Shown in pieces: positions 36,377 to 46,208 of a stretch of 64,000 bases of DNA. The stretch comes from Methanobacteriota archaeon. Lineage in GTDB: Archaea; Thermoplasmatota; Thermoplasmata; SG8-5; DAIRED01. The stretch is from assembly GCA_043799545.1 (NCBI GenBank), contig JAZDNO010000006.1, forward strand, positions 64,001-128,000, written 5' to 3'. Within the stretch, counting starts at the first letter, position 1; the number at the start of each line of letters is the position of its first letter. The notes under the pieces are model-generated. The model saw only the letters and a program-made list of their open reading frames with translations. It made no database searches and was not told the DNA's origin. The position numbers and the translations under genes are program-made.

Positions 36377-37312
36377 TTAGTGAAGCTCCCCTTCAACGCC
36401 GATTAGCGCGCACGCGCGGCTTTTTCGCTCGCCTGGCCGAACCGGCCCGGAGCGTCCGAACGCCAGCACCTCCAGATTCGGCGCGGAATTCCTTAGCTCC
36501 GCAGCGACGGCCTCCTCCACGTCCCCGTCGCCCGGGCCTCCCACCAGCAGATACCCGCTTTTTATGCTCTCCGGTTCAAGCTCCATCCATTCAGAGCCAA
36601 CCAGCGCCCGTGCGAGCTCGAATCCGCGGTCTCCGCCGATGGCCGTCGCCACGTCGGCCTTGAGGAAGGAGGCGCGCGAGAAGACGCTTTTCAGCGCTGG
36701 CCGGTCCCCGTCGGTTCCCGCCGCAGCCACTTCGTGAGGGACCAGGAGTGCGAGTTCGGACACGATTTCCATGGCCCTGAGGAAAGGGAGTTTTGGGGCA
36801 ATCTGGGAAATCCTGTCGTTGCGCAGGACCAGCAGCCCGTCGCACAGCCTCCTGAGCGTTTTGGCCTGCTCCAGCGCCGCCGCCCGCCTGGCGGGGGCTT
36901 CCACAGAGAACGGAAGGATGGCGATACACACAGAGATTGCGCCAGCTTCCTTAGCCACGCGGGACGCCAGGGCTGCGCAGCGCCACCCAGAATTTCCTCC
37001 CAGCCCGCACAAGGAAAAGAATACGTCGGTACCGGAAATTTCGCTAGCCAGCACCGATGCCGACCGCAGGTGAGGCACGACGGGAATCCTCGGGTCCGTG
37101 TCCGAGGCTCCGAGAAGCTCGTGCCCCGGCACCAGCATCGAATGCCCCGCAAGCTTGCCCAGACCTTTTCGGGGATTGCCATTGAGCGCGAAAGTGCCAA
37201 TGCTCAAACGCCCAGACACGAATTTTAGGGAGTTGCATCCCGCTCCCCCGCAACCCGCGATCCCGATTTTCAGCGGTTTCGCGCCATCGCCAACCCTGAA
37301 TATTTCAGTCAT
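36377..37312 (-). CDS. Divergent FtsZ/tubulin-superfamily protein
   Basis: KIGIAGCGGAGCN, GLGGNSG (variant of GGGTGTG), ILPFSVE..R and LLVLRNDRI. Confidence 0.8.
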   Translation of the reverse strand: MTEIFRVGDGAKPLKIGIAGCGGAGCNSLKFVSGRLSIGTFALNGNPRKGLGKLAGHSMLVPGHELLGASDTDPRIPVVPHLRSASVLASEISGTDVFFSLCGLGGNSGWRCAALASRVAKEAGAISVCIAILPFSVEAPARRAAALEQAKTLRRLCDGLLVLRNDRISQIAPKLPFLRAMEIVSELALLVPHEVAAAGTDGDRPALKSVFSRASFLKADVATAIGGDRGFELARALVGSEWMELEPESIKSGYLLVGGPGDGDVEEAVAAELRNSAPNLEVLAFGRSGPVRPGERKSRACALIGVEGELH

Positions 37313-38742
37313 GGAAGCCCTCCCGCTGCCCCCTTATTTGCTTTTTCCTCTTCAGGGTTGCGCTTCTCCGTTGGATGATCCTCCGTGGCAAGTCTCCCTC
37401 CTTGCTCGTGCAATGACACGGCATTCGCCGCGTCAAAGTCGGGGACGAGGGTCTCAACGTTGCGAACCGAGGGCATCAGGTAAAATATCGGGACGGCGAG
37501 CGTCGCCGCGAGCCCGCAGAAGAATATCATGAGGGCCATGCCAGCGCCGGGCCCGGAGCCGACAAGCCCTCCGAAAGTGGAAACGAGGGAGCCGCCCTCG
37601 GCCATCGACGGCTCGAAGTAGCCGTCTGCCAGCGGACCCGCCAATATCATCGCAATGGCCATCGACGCCTGCGCTATCAGTCGCCTTGCGGCGAAGACGC
37701 GCCCCTGCTTGTTCGGCGGGACCTTGGATTGCCAAATCGCCTGGCTGGAGCCGTTGCCTATCGGGAGGAACAGCATCGTCAGGAACCCGCCCGCAGTCCA
37801 GACGACGATCCCCCTTCCCAGGCCCAGAGTCAGGGTGATGCCCAGGCCCAGGAAGAAATCGGAAACCAGCAGACCGTAGATCCTCTTTTTCGGCCCGCCC
37901 CAGACCGCCAGCACTATCCCCCCGATGACCCCGCCCGCGCTCATGGCCGCCTGGACCGTCGCGAGGACGACGCCGTCGCTGGCGGTTCGTGCCAGAACCA
38001 TCGGCGTCATCAGAATCATCACCGGCGCTGCAATCATGTTGATGACGAAGAACGACATCTGGAGAGACAGCAACGGCTTCCGTTCGCGGATGAATTTGAA
38101 ACCGTAGAGCGAGTCCTTTAAAACGCCCCTAACTCCCTTGCCGAGGTCAGCGGACTTCTCCGGCTGGGGGACCGTGACGGCAAGCAGCGTGCCGATTGCG
38201 AAGCAGAACGTCAGGATGTCGAAGACGAAGACTCCCGAGTAGCTGAACATCAATATGAACAGGACCGCGATTGGCGGGCCGAATATCCCCGAGGCGGACT
38301 CGGCGGCGGCCATCATCCCGCTCGTCCTGGCATAATGCTTCTTGTCCACGAGGGTCGACACGGCTGCCCCCCAAGCAGGCCACTGGAAAGCGGCAAAGGT
38401 CCCGATGAACGCGGCGAGGATGTAGAGATGCCATATCTGCAGGTTGCCGGTCCAATACAGCGCCAGGGTCGCCACGGTCCCCATCCCTGCAGTCAGGTCG
38501 CTCAGTATCATCGAGGTCTTGAGGTTCCAGCGGTCAACGAGCGCCCCCGCGACAGGGGTCATAATCATCATAGGGGCAAAGCTGCAGAACATCACCAGCG
38601 CGAGCGCCGTGGCCTGTCCGGTCATCTCCCACGCCCACAGGCTGAGGGCGAAGCCGGTCATGGTGCTTCCGAGCATGGAGACGAGCTGGCCGGACCAGAT
38701 GATTGTGAACGCGGCCATGCCCTTCGGGCGCCTGGGAGCCAT
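37309..38742 (-). CDS. MFS transporter (MefA/DHA3-like)
   Basis: GQLVSMLGS.MT.FAL, GALVDRW and QGRVFA; about 12 TM. Confidence 0.9.
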   Translation of the reverse strand: MAPRRPKGMAAFTIIWSGQLVSMLGSTMTGFALSLWAWEMTGQATALALVMFCSFAPMMIMTPVAGALVDRWNLKTSMILSDLTAGMGTVATLALYWTGNLQIWHLYILAAFIGTFAAFQWPAWGAAVSTLVDKKHYARTSGMMAAAESASGIFGPPIAVLFILMFSYSGVFVFDILTFCFAIGTLLAVTVPQPEKSADLGKGVRGVLKDSLYGFKFIRERKPLLSLQMSFFVINMIAAPVMILMTPMVLARTASDGVVLATVQAAMSAGGVIGGIVLAVWGGPKKRIYGLLVSDFFLGLGITLTLGLGRGIVVWTAGGFLTMLFLPIGNGSSQAIWQSKVPPNKQGRVFAARRLIAQASMAIAMILAGPLADGYFEPSMAEGGSLVSTFGGLVGSGPGAGMALMIFFCGLAATLAVPIFYLMPSVRNVETLVPDFDAANAVSLHEQGGRLATEDHPTEKRNPEEEKANKGAAGGLP

Positions 38743-38838
38743 GCTCCAGTCATCGGGCTATGCGCATAATAACCTTGCCTTTCCAGTTTCGGACACCTGC
38801 AATGAACTGCTATAAAACCGGTGGCGGATGACGGTCCG

Positions 38839-39783
38839 ATGCCCATTGAGTTTATCGAAGCAAAGTCGCTTGTGCGCGTGAACAAGCGCAGCGGCGACGT
38901 CAACCTCAATCCCTACCAGGGCTGCTTTCACGACTGCGCCTACTGTGACGGCAAGGCCGAGAGGTACAACATGCACGAGGATTTCGCAACAAGACTCCGG
39001 GCGAAGGCGAACGCTCCAGAACTGCTTGAGAAGTTCCTGCGCGGCAAGGGATTCTCGCCGGTGAACAGGGAGAGGACTGGGACGCTGGCCGATTTCAGCG
39101 ACGAAGCCAAAAAGGCACTGAGGGGCGCCTCCCCAAGAAAGTTCACAATCAACATCTCGGGCGGCGTGTGCGACATCTACCAGCCAGCCGAAGCCGAGAT
39201 AGGCCTGTCGCGGAGGCTCATGCAGCTCGTGTACGATTACGACTTCCCGATATTCCTGCTCACGAAGAACAAGCTGGTCCTGAAGGATTTGGACCTGCTG
39301 CGCAAGATAAACGTGAGCCAGGGCGCGACAGTGGCCATGTCTGTGACGCTCGCCGACGAGAGTTTGCGGGAGAAGTTCGAGCCTGGCGCCAGCACCACCC
39401 AGGAACGGTTCGAGACGCTGCGCACGCTCCATGAATCAGGTATCAAAACCGGTATCTGGGCGCTCCCACTTCTTCCGTGGATTGGGGACACGGACGTAAA
39501 CGTAGATGCAATCATCTCGTGCGCGAAAGAATCGGGCGTCGACTGGATGATATTCAGCGGCCTCACTCTCAAGCCAGGAAGGCAAAAGGAGGCCTTCATG
39601 CGGCTCATCGCGAAGGATTTTCCGGGACTCGAGGAGAAGTACCGTCGACTCTACGCCAACGAGAGCAAGTACGGAACGCCTGACCTCGAAGCGGCGAGGG
39701 CGATGGGCCTGCCCGACCCTTGGCTCAAAGGAAAGCGGATGGCAAAGAAATACGGCATCGCCTACAAAAGCTGGCGCGATTGA
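38839..39783 (+). CDS. Radical SAM protein, SplB/Rv2578c-like DNA-repair type
   Basis: NPYQGCFHDCAYC, D.YQPAE and LLTK; start may be GTG 38821. Confidence 0.85.
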   Translation: MPIEFIEAKSLVRVNKRSGDVNLNPYQGCFHDCAYCDGKAERYNMHEDFATRLRAKANAPELLEKFLRGKGFSPVNRERTGTLADFSDEAKKALRGASPRKFTINISGGVCDIYQPAEAEIGLSRRLMQLVYDYDFPIFLLTKNKLVLKDLDLLRKINVSQGATVAMSVTLADESLREKFEPGASTTQERFETLRTLHESGIKTGIWALPLLPWIGDTDVNVDAIISCAKESGVDWMIFSGLTLKPGRQKEAFMRLIAKDFPGLEEKYRRLYANESKYGTPDLEAARAMGLPDPWLKGKRMAKKYGIAYKSWRD

Positions 39784-39900
39784 AATACTTTCACTGGAGA
39801 ATCAAGAGATTCTCAAAGCGAAACGAATGGTAACGGTATGTGCCACAGTTTCGCCCGACTCCCCTAAACCCTTAAGTATCGCGCGTCCGATTAGTCCGCA

Positions 39901-40926
39901 ATGCGTTCTGTGAGCGGGGACGAGCTCGAGGCGGTCGCCAGGTACGTGGCCAAGGCATCCACCGAGAATTTCGAAGGGGCCGGAGGCTCGGACGCCGAGG
40001 GGGGCATCCTCCAGGTGAAAGGGCCGATACTCCCGGAGCGATTCATTCCGATAAATGGCCCCCGCCCGTGCGAGCGCTCGGCGGCTATAGACGGCGGTTC
40101 GGCGACGGTGCTGGATTGCGGCTCGTTCGTCGTCGGGGCAATCTCGGCCGGGCATGCGATTTCCGACGCTCACGGAGCCTGCCGGACCGATTCGCATATC
40201 CGGCTCATTGGCGCTTCGCATGCGGACAAGAAATCGATATACCGTGAAATTTTCTCGAAAGCCATGGGAGCCGAGCCGACGGACTACCCCAAGAGCCTGG
40301 ACTCGCTCGTCGGCCGCTTGCGCAACATCGCAGAGCTGGAGGAGGCCGCCAAGGTCGTTTCAGGGGCGCCGGAGGGCTCGCTCGTGATGATTGACGGTGC
40401 GCTCTGGGCCGGCCTCGGGGACTTCGCCCCGCTGATAGAGAAGCTGGTAAAATCCGCGAGCCAGCGGAGCGTATGCCTCGCCGGCGTGAGCAAGCGAAGC
40501 ATGCTCTACTTCGGATACCGCCCGCTCGTTCCATATCTCGCGCGGCTGGGGAAAAAAACGCTCGGCGACTCGCTCTGGGCGTATCCAGTCGCCTTGGCCG
40601 AGTACGAGGGCAGGACCTTCGGCGCGACGTACGTGGCGCATCTGCACCCGATGGCCCAGTTCGCCTTCAGGGTCGATGTGAACCCGATGCCTGGGTTTGC
40701 TGCGGACGAGACAATAGCAATGCTCGCAGGGCTTTCTGACGACCCGGGATATGTCGGTTACCCGTACCCCCTGGCTCGGGTGCACAACGAGGTCGCGATA
40801 GGCGAAGAGACGAGACGGGAACTGCAGATGGGACTGAAAAGGACATTGACGTCCTCGGGCGGCGACGCAGCGCTGATTGAGGAGTTCTCGCGCAACTTTC
40901 ATGATATTCTTGACGGAGGGATTTGA
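39901..40926 (+). CDS. nurA: NurA 5'-3' nuclease
   Basis: AIDGGS, MIDGAL, GVSKRS and GYPYPLARVH; first gene of the nurA-herA-mre11-rad50 operon. Confidence 0.88.
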   Translation: MRSVSGDELEAVARYVAKASTENFEGAGGSDAEGGILQVKGPILPERFIPINGPRPCERSAAIDGGSATVLDCGSFVVGAISAGHAISDAHGACRTDSHIRLIGASHADKKSIYREIFSKAMGAEPTDYPKSLDSLVGRLRNIAELEEAAKVVSGAPEGSLVMIDGALWAGLGDFAPLIEKLVKSASQRSVCLAGVSKRSMLYFGYRPLVPYLARLGKKTLGDSLWAYPVALAEYEGRTFGATYVAHLHPMAQFAFRVDVNPMPGFAADETIAMLAGLSDDPGYVGYPYPLARVHNEVAIGEETRRELQMGLKRTLTSSGGDAALIEEFSRNFHDILDGGI

Positions 40927-42468
40927 TTGGAGTATATCGGTCGTGTTGTGGGGCGGTGCGTTCGGGAAATAAGGTTCAGGGCCGTATACGGGGAGGACTT
41001 CCAGCTCGGCGAAATTCTCGTTGTCGGGGACGAGGAGAGGAAGCGGAGCCTTCTCGCCCGCGTCATCGACATAGAGTACGGCGCCGACGCCTCTGGCGAC
41101 GGCTGGTCCGAGCAGGTCGCGGGGAACATGATGCAGGGCGACTCGAAGGGCGGGTACGAGCTGCGAGAGAAGGAGCGCAGGCTCTTCTCGACCGGAGTTT
41201 GCACCCCGCTGGGCTTCGTGGCGGACGGCAAGTTCAGAAAGCCCAAGTCGCTCGTCCCGCACTTCTCCAAGGTCAGGCGCGCGTCGCAAAGCGACTTCCA
41301 GTTCCTCAGTCAGGAAATGGGCGACGTCGAGGTCGGCGTCCTGAGGAGCGGGGAGCGCAAGCTAGACATCCGCGTGGGCGTCGACGGCTCGAAATTCCCC
41401 AGCCACGTTGGAGTCTTCGCAACGACTGGCATGGGCAAGAGCAACCTCATGAAGACCCTCGTGGCGAGCGTCATGCGCGGGCGGCGCTACGGGATGCTCG
41501 TCCTGGACCCTCATGGGGAATACTTCGCGGGCCAGCCGGAGTACAGGGGGCTGAGCCACCTGGCGGACGCGGCCGAGCGGCTCGTGGTTTTCTCAGGAAG
41601 GAAGCTGCCCGGGGCGCACAACACAATCGCCGTTTCCTCCAGAGAAATCAACATCCAGGACCTCCTGAACCTCCAGGAGTACAGCGACGCCCAGCGGGAA
41701 GCCCTGCACGCCCTGCGGGGCGAGCTCGGGGAGAACTGGCTCATGGATGCGCACGAGGCAGACGCATCTGACCTGGAAACGCGCCTGAGGCGCCGCTTCC
41801 ACATAGATACGATTAACGTCATCAAGCGCAGGATCGAACGGGTGATGTCGAGCGGCAAAATCACAACCGACAGGGGCATCTCCATGACCCGCACGGTAAT
41901 AGGGGCCCTGAAAGATGCGAAGGTCGTCCTGGTCGATACCAGCAGCATGCCGGAAATGGAGGAGCTGCTCGTGAGCACAGTCATTGCGCGGGCAGTGCTC
42001 GAGCATTACCAGCACCTCTACGAAACGCCCGAGGAATTCGCCGCGCTGCCCCCGGTCCTCATAACGTTGGAGGAGGCTCAGCGTGTGCTGGACAAGTCTC
42101 GCGGCACAGTCTTCTCGCGCATAGCCCGCGAGGGGCGAAAATTCAAGGTCGGATTATGCGCCGTTTCGCAGCAGCCCAAGCTGATAGACAACCAGGTCAT
42201 CTCGCAGTTCAACACGCTGTTCGTCATGGGTCTGGCGGACAAGCGCGACCGGGAGATTCTGCGCGACGCGTCGAAGCAGGACATCGCCGACCTGGACAAC
42301 GAGATACAGACGTTGATGGTCGGCGAGGCGCTCGTCACCTCGCCTTTCGTTCCTTTCGCCTTGCCCGCGGCCGTTCACTGTTTTGAAGAATACCTGACAG
42401 CTCTGAACGGACAGAAGGAGAAAGACGGAAAGAGGGCGCGGGCGAAGCCCGACAAGGGGTTCTACTGA
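40927..42468 (+). CDS. herA: HerA helicase/translocase
   Basis: HAS domain, HVGVFATTGMGKSN, DPHGEY, EEAQR, REGRKFKVG and SQQP. Confidence 0.92.
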   Translation: MEYIGRVVGRCVREIRFRAVYGEDFQLGEILVVGDEERKRSLLARVIDIEYGADASGDGWSEQVAGNMMQGDSKGGYELREKERRLFSTGVCTPLGFVADGKFRKPKSLVPHFSKVRRASQSDFQFLSQEMGDVEVGVLRSGERKLDIRVGVDGSKFPSHVGVFATTGMGKSNLMKTLVASVMRGRRYGMLVLDPHGEYFAGQPEYRGLSHLADAAERLVVFSGRKLPGAHNTIAVSSREINIQDLLNLQEYSDAQREALHALRGELGENWLMDAHEADASDLETRLRRRFHIDTINVIKRRIERVMSSGKITTDRGISMTRTVIGALKDAKVVLVDTSSMPEMEELLVSTVIARAVLEHYQHLYETPEEFAALPPVLITLEEAQRVLDKSRGTVFSRIAREGRKFKVGLCAVSQQPKLIDNQVISQFNTLFVMGLADKRDREILRDASKQDIADLDNEIQTLMVGEALVTSPFVPFALPAAVHCFEEYLTALNGQKEKDGKRARAKPDKGFY

Positions 42469-43589
42469 TGCGATTCGTTCACATCTCTGATACCCACCTG
42501 GGGCACACGGCATACACCAAGCTGGATGAGAACGGTTACAACCAGCGCGAGGCCGACGTTTTCGACGCGTTCAAGCAGGGGGTGGACAAAGCGCTGGCCC
42601 TGAAGGTCGACGCCGTGCTACACACGGGCGACCTGTTCGATTCCATCAGGCCGTCCAACAGGGCGATGCACTTCGCCCTGGAGCAGATTCTGCGCCTCTC
42701 GGAGGCGGAGGTGCCGTTCGTGGCAATCGCCGGCAACCACTCGTCGCCGCGGCTGCGCGAAACGGGGAGCGTCTTCAGGCTCTTCGAGCACTTGAAAGGC
42801 GTCCGCGTAGTCTATGCCGGGGCGTACGAGCAAGTGGACGTCGGGGACGTCGCCGTCCACTGCGTGCCCCACTGCGCCACCCAGGACGCTTTCGCAGAGG
42901 AAGTCCGCAAGGTGTCGCCCTTGCCTGGAAAAACCAACGTGGCCATGCTGCACTGCGGCGTCAGCGGCGTCGAGCGCTTCGCGATGGGGGAGTTCAACGA
43001 GAACCTGCTGCCGAGCGGGCAGCTGTGGCCAGAGATGGAATACATCGCGCTGGGTCATTTCCACGACAGGACAATAGTCGCCGCGAACGCGGCTTACGCC
43101 GGCTCGACCGAGCGGATGAGCTTCAACGAGGCGGGGAAGGAAAAAGGGGTCGTTGAGGTGAGCGTTCCGAGGATGTCCATGGAGTTCCACGGACTGAAAA
43201 TCAGGGAGATGGTAGACTTTGGCAAACTGGATTGCGCCGGTCTGACGAACGCCGACATCATCCGGACAGTCGAAGGGCGGCTTCTTTCCTCAAAGGCGGA
43301 TGGCAAAATCATGCGCATCAGGCTGACGGGCATCCCGCGCAGCCAGGTCGACGGCCTCGACCAAAAACGCCTAAGGAGCGCGGTGAGCGGGGCGCTCCAC
43401 TTCGAGCTCAGAATCGAGACGCTGGAGGAGTGCGCCGGTGCGCAGGGCACGCAGGCTGCAATCGGTGATTTGCGCAACGAGTTCGAGGCGTTCGTATCGG
43501 GGACGCCGGTAGAGCGCTTGGACAAGGCCGAGCTCCTGAAGCTCGGGCGGGGATACATCGACGGAGCCATGAACGAAGCGGGGGGCTAG
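42468..43589 (+). CDS. mre11: Mre11 nuclease
   Basis: HISDTHLG, GDLFD, AGNHS, MLH and ALGHFH phosphoesterase motifs. Confidence 0.93.
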   Translation: MRFVHISDTHLGHTAYTKLDENGYNQREADVFDAFKQGVDKALALKVDAVLHTGDLFDSIRPSNRAMHFALEQILRLSEAEVPFVAIAGNHSSPRLRETGSVFRLFEHLKGVRVVYAGAYEQVDVGDVAVHCVPHCATQDAFAEEVRKVSPLPGKTNVAMLHCGVSGVERFAMGEFNENLLPSGQLWPEMEYIALGHFHDRTIVAANAAYAGSTERMSFNEAGKEKGVVEVSVPRMSMEFHGLKIREMVDFGKLDCAGLTNADIIRTVEGRLLSSKADGKIMRIRLTGIPRSQVDGLDQKRLRSAVSGALHFELRIETLEECAGAQGTQAAIGDLRNEFEAFVSGTPVERLDKAELLKLGRGYIDGAMNEAGG

Positions 43590-43590
43590 A

Positions 43591-46011
43591 TTGATAGTCC
43601 GGGCAATCTCGCTGCGCAACTACCGCCGCTTCAGGCGCTTGGATTTGGAGCTGCCGGAAGGGGTCATAGCCATCGTCGGCCCGAACGGTTCGGGAAAGAC
43701 GACTCTCGTGGAGGCCGTGGCGTGGGCGCTCTTCGGAAACGAGAGCGAGATAACCCGGGGGGACAAGAAGAGCATCATCCACCAGGGCTCCGGCAAGGGA
43801 GAAAAATGCGAGGCGACGGTCGAGTTCGAGATAGACTCGCGGCTTTATCTTGTGCGGAGGCAGATGAGCGCTTCCGGTGCCGCCACGGCCTCCCTGGAAA
43901 CCGCCGGAAAATCGCTCGCCGAGGGGGCGCTGCCAGTCACCGCCCACGTTGCGAAGCTCCTGGGCATGGACTATCAGGCATTCTTCGCATCGATTTTTGC
44001 CAGGCAGAAGGAGCTGAACGCCCTCTCGAAGCAGACGCAGGGGGAGCGCAGGGCGACCGTGATGCGCCTGCTGGGAGTTGTAGCCTTGGACCAGGCCACG
44101 GCAAGCGCGAGGAAGGACCTGAGCCTCGCGAAGGAGAACGTCACATTCCAGCAGAGGCAGCTCGCCGATTCGGGCACGGGCAAACCTGCAATTGATATTT
44201 GGAGAGGCGAGGCAGAGAGATGCTCCTCGGAACTCACATCCTGGAAGGCGGAGATTGAAAAGGGAGCGGAGGGCCTTGTGGCGGCCCGCGAGTCTGTCCT
44301 CAGGGCCGAGGCGCGTTTGACAAAGTCCAAGGAGAGGAAGGCGAAGCACGATAAACTCCGCGAGATACACATCGCAATCCAGAAAGACGCGGACGAGGCG
44401 TCGCGCAACGTGAAGCGCATCGAAGCGGAACTTGCGGATATTGCGCGAGAAGAGGAGATGCTGGCAAGCCTTGGGCCTCGGGAGCTGCGGTTTTCGGAAG
44501 CCAGGGAGGAGTTCGAGGAGCTGGCCAAGCTTGAGATAGCGCACGCCGAGCGCGCTGGTCTGTCGGAGCGCTTGGAGGCGCTCAAAGCGGACCTCGAAGG
44601 GAAGTCCGCCTCCTTGAAAGGTCTGGCCAAGGAGCTGAAGAAACTGGAGGCGCTGGAAAAGGAAGCCGGCGAGCTCGACAATAAGCTGGCCAAGCTCTCA
44701 GAAGAGCGAGCGGCGCTCATTGGCAAGACCGCGTCCGAGGGGGAAAAACTGCGCGCGCTTGAGAAATCCCTTTCGGAGCTCGAGAAGAGAAAATGCGACA
44801 TCTCATCCCTCGGAGCCGAAGGCAAGTGCCCGACCTGCGAGCGCCCGCTGGGGACGCACCACAAGGCCCTCATGGGCAAGACCGGGGCCGAGCTCGAGGC
44901 AAAGGAGAGGGAAGCCAAAGGCGCAATCCAAATGCTCGAATCCCTCGGCGAAGAGTCCGCCTCCCTGGAAGCGCAAATGCTCGCCCTGGAACGACGCAAA
45001 GCGACTTTGGGGAAATCGTTGGATTCGCTCAAGAGAAAAACCGGGGAAGCGAAAGCCCTGGAATCGGAAGTCGCCGCCTTGGCGCGCTCCGCCGATGCGG
45101 CGGGCAAGAAGCTGGCAAAGCTGGATAAAATACCATTCGACGAGAAGGGATTCGCCACCCTGAAGGCGGAGCTGAGGAAGCTCGAGAAGGCGCACGAGAA
45201 ATACGTCTCTCTCTCCAAGGCCGCGGAGGCCAGGCCGAAGAAGGAGAGCGCGCTAGAGGCGGCGAAGGCGTCGATGGAGAAGGCGAGTGCCGGACTTTCA
45301 TCCCTGGCGAAAGAGCAGCTCTCGCTGGATTTCGATCCGGCGGTGCATTCCTCGATCGAGGCGGAGGAGCGCAAATCCCGGGATGAGGCGCACCGCCTGG
45401 CCATCGGCCTGGAGAAGGCGCGGGGCGACATGGCCGTGGCGATGGAAAAGCTGGGAAGGGCAAAGGCCGAGATATCCCGCCTGGAGGGGGTCGAGCGCGA
45501 AATAGCGGAGCTGGACAGGCGGAGGGAGTACCTCTCGCGGACTGTCGAACTGCTGGACTCGTTCAAGAGGCATGTCGTGGCGCGCATCCGGCCCGTGCTA
45601 ACGGCAACGACGTCGGAGCTGCTGGACAAGCTCAGCTCCGGCAGGTACTCGCAGGTGGAGATAGACGAGGATTACGGAATCAGGGTTCTCGACGACGGCC
45701 AGGCGTTCGGGCTCGAGCGGTTCTCGGGAGGAGAGGAGGACATGGTGAACCTCTGCCTGCGCCTGGCCATCTCGCAGCTCATAGCCGAGCGCGGCGGCGC
45801 CGGGGGCCTCAACATGGTAGTGCTCGACGAGATATTCGGGAGCCAGGACCCTGGGCGCAGAAGGAGCATATTGCTGGCGCTGAACGGGCTCTCGGGCATT
45901 TTCAGGCAAATCCTTCTGATAACTCATATAGAGGACATGCGAGAGAGCGTCAGCGCGGTAGTCCAGGTGGGCGTCGGCGAGGGCGGGGCGAGCAAGGCCG
46001 AATTGGCGTGA
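43591..46011 (+). CDS. rad50: Rad50 ATPase
   Basis: GPNGSGKT, coiled coils, CPTC zinc hook, FSGGE, LDEIFG and LITH. Confidence 0.93.
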   Translation: MIVRAISLRNYRRFRRLDLELPEGVIAIVGPNGSGKTTLVEAVAWALFGNESEITRGDKKSIIHQGSGKGEKCEATVEFEIDSRLYLVRRQMSASGAATASLETAGKSLAEGALPVTAHVAKLLGMDYQAFFASIFARQKELNALSKQTQGERRATVMRLLGVVALDQATASARKDLSLAKENVTFQQRQLADSGTGKPAIDIWRGEAERCSSELTSWKAEIEKGAEGLVAARESVLRAEARLTKSKERKAKHDKLREIHIAIQKDADEASRNVKRIEAELADIAREEEMLASLGPRELRFSEAREEFEELAKLEIAHAERAGLSERLEALKADLEGKSASLKGLAKELKKLEALEKEAGELDNKLAKLSEERAALIGKTASEGEKLRALEKSLSELEKRKCDISSLGAEGKCPTCERPLGTHHKALMGKTGAELEAKEREAKGAIQMLESLGEESASLEAQMLALERRKATLGKSLDSLKRKTGEAKALESEVAALARSADAAGKKLAKLDKIPFDEKGFATLKAELRKLEKAHEKYVSLSKAAEARPKKESALEAAKASMEKASAGLSSLAKEQLSLDFDPAVHSSIEAEERKSRDEAHRLAIGLEKARGDMAVAMEKLGRAKAEISRLEGVEREIAELDRRREYLSRTVELLDSFKRHVVARIRPVLTATTSELLDKLSSGRYSQVEIDEDYGIRVLDDGQAFGLERFSGGEEDMVNLCLRLAISQLIAERGGAGGLNMVVLDEIFGSQDPGRRRSILLALNGLSGIFRQILLITHIEDMRESVSAVVQVGVGEGGASKAELA

Positions 46012-46208
46012 TGGCCTACAATCGAAATGGATGTCTCAACCTGCTGTGACAACCAAGTTCAAAAGACTGCCGCGCGATGACACACCCTTATACCCAAGTG
46101 TGCCGATTCAATCCCGAGCCACATGAGCCGCACAACCGCGCTATGCCGGGGCCTCCGCCCTTTCGCAACGAATATAACAGAGAAGGGCAATCGCGAGGGC
46201 GTGATACG

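Noticed and set aside
27980-46011. Inteins in Cdc48, HerA or Rad50
   Set aside because: Lengths are normal and there are no C...HN intein boundaries or LAGLIDADG inserts after the Walker A motifs
39901-46011. HerA-nuclease pair as an antiphage system
   Set aside because: Gene order and motifs match the standard archaeal nurA-herA-mre11-rad50 repair operon
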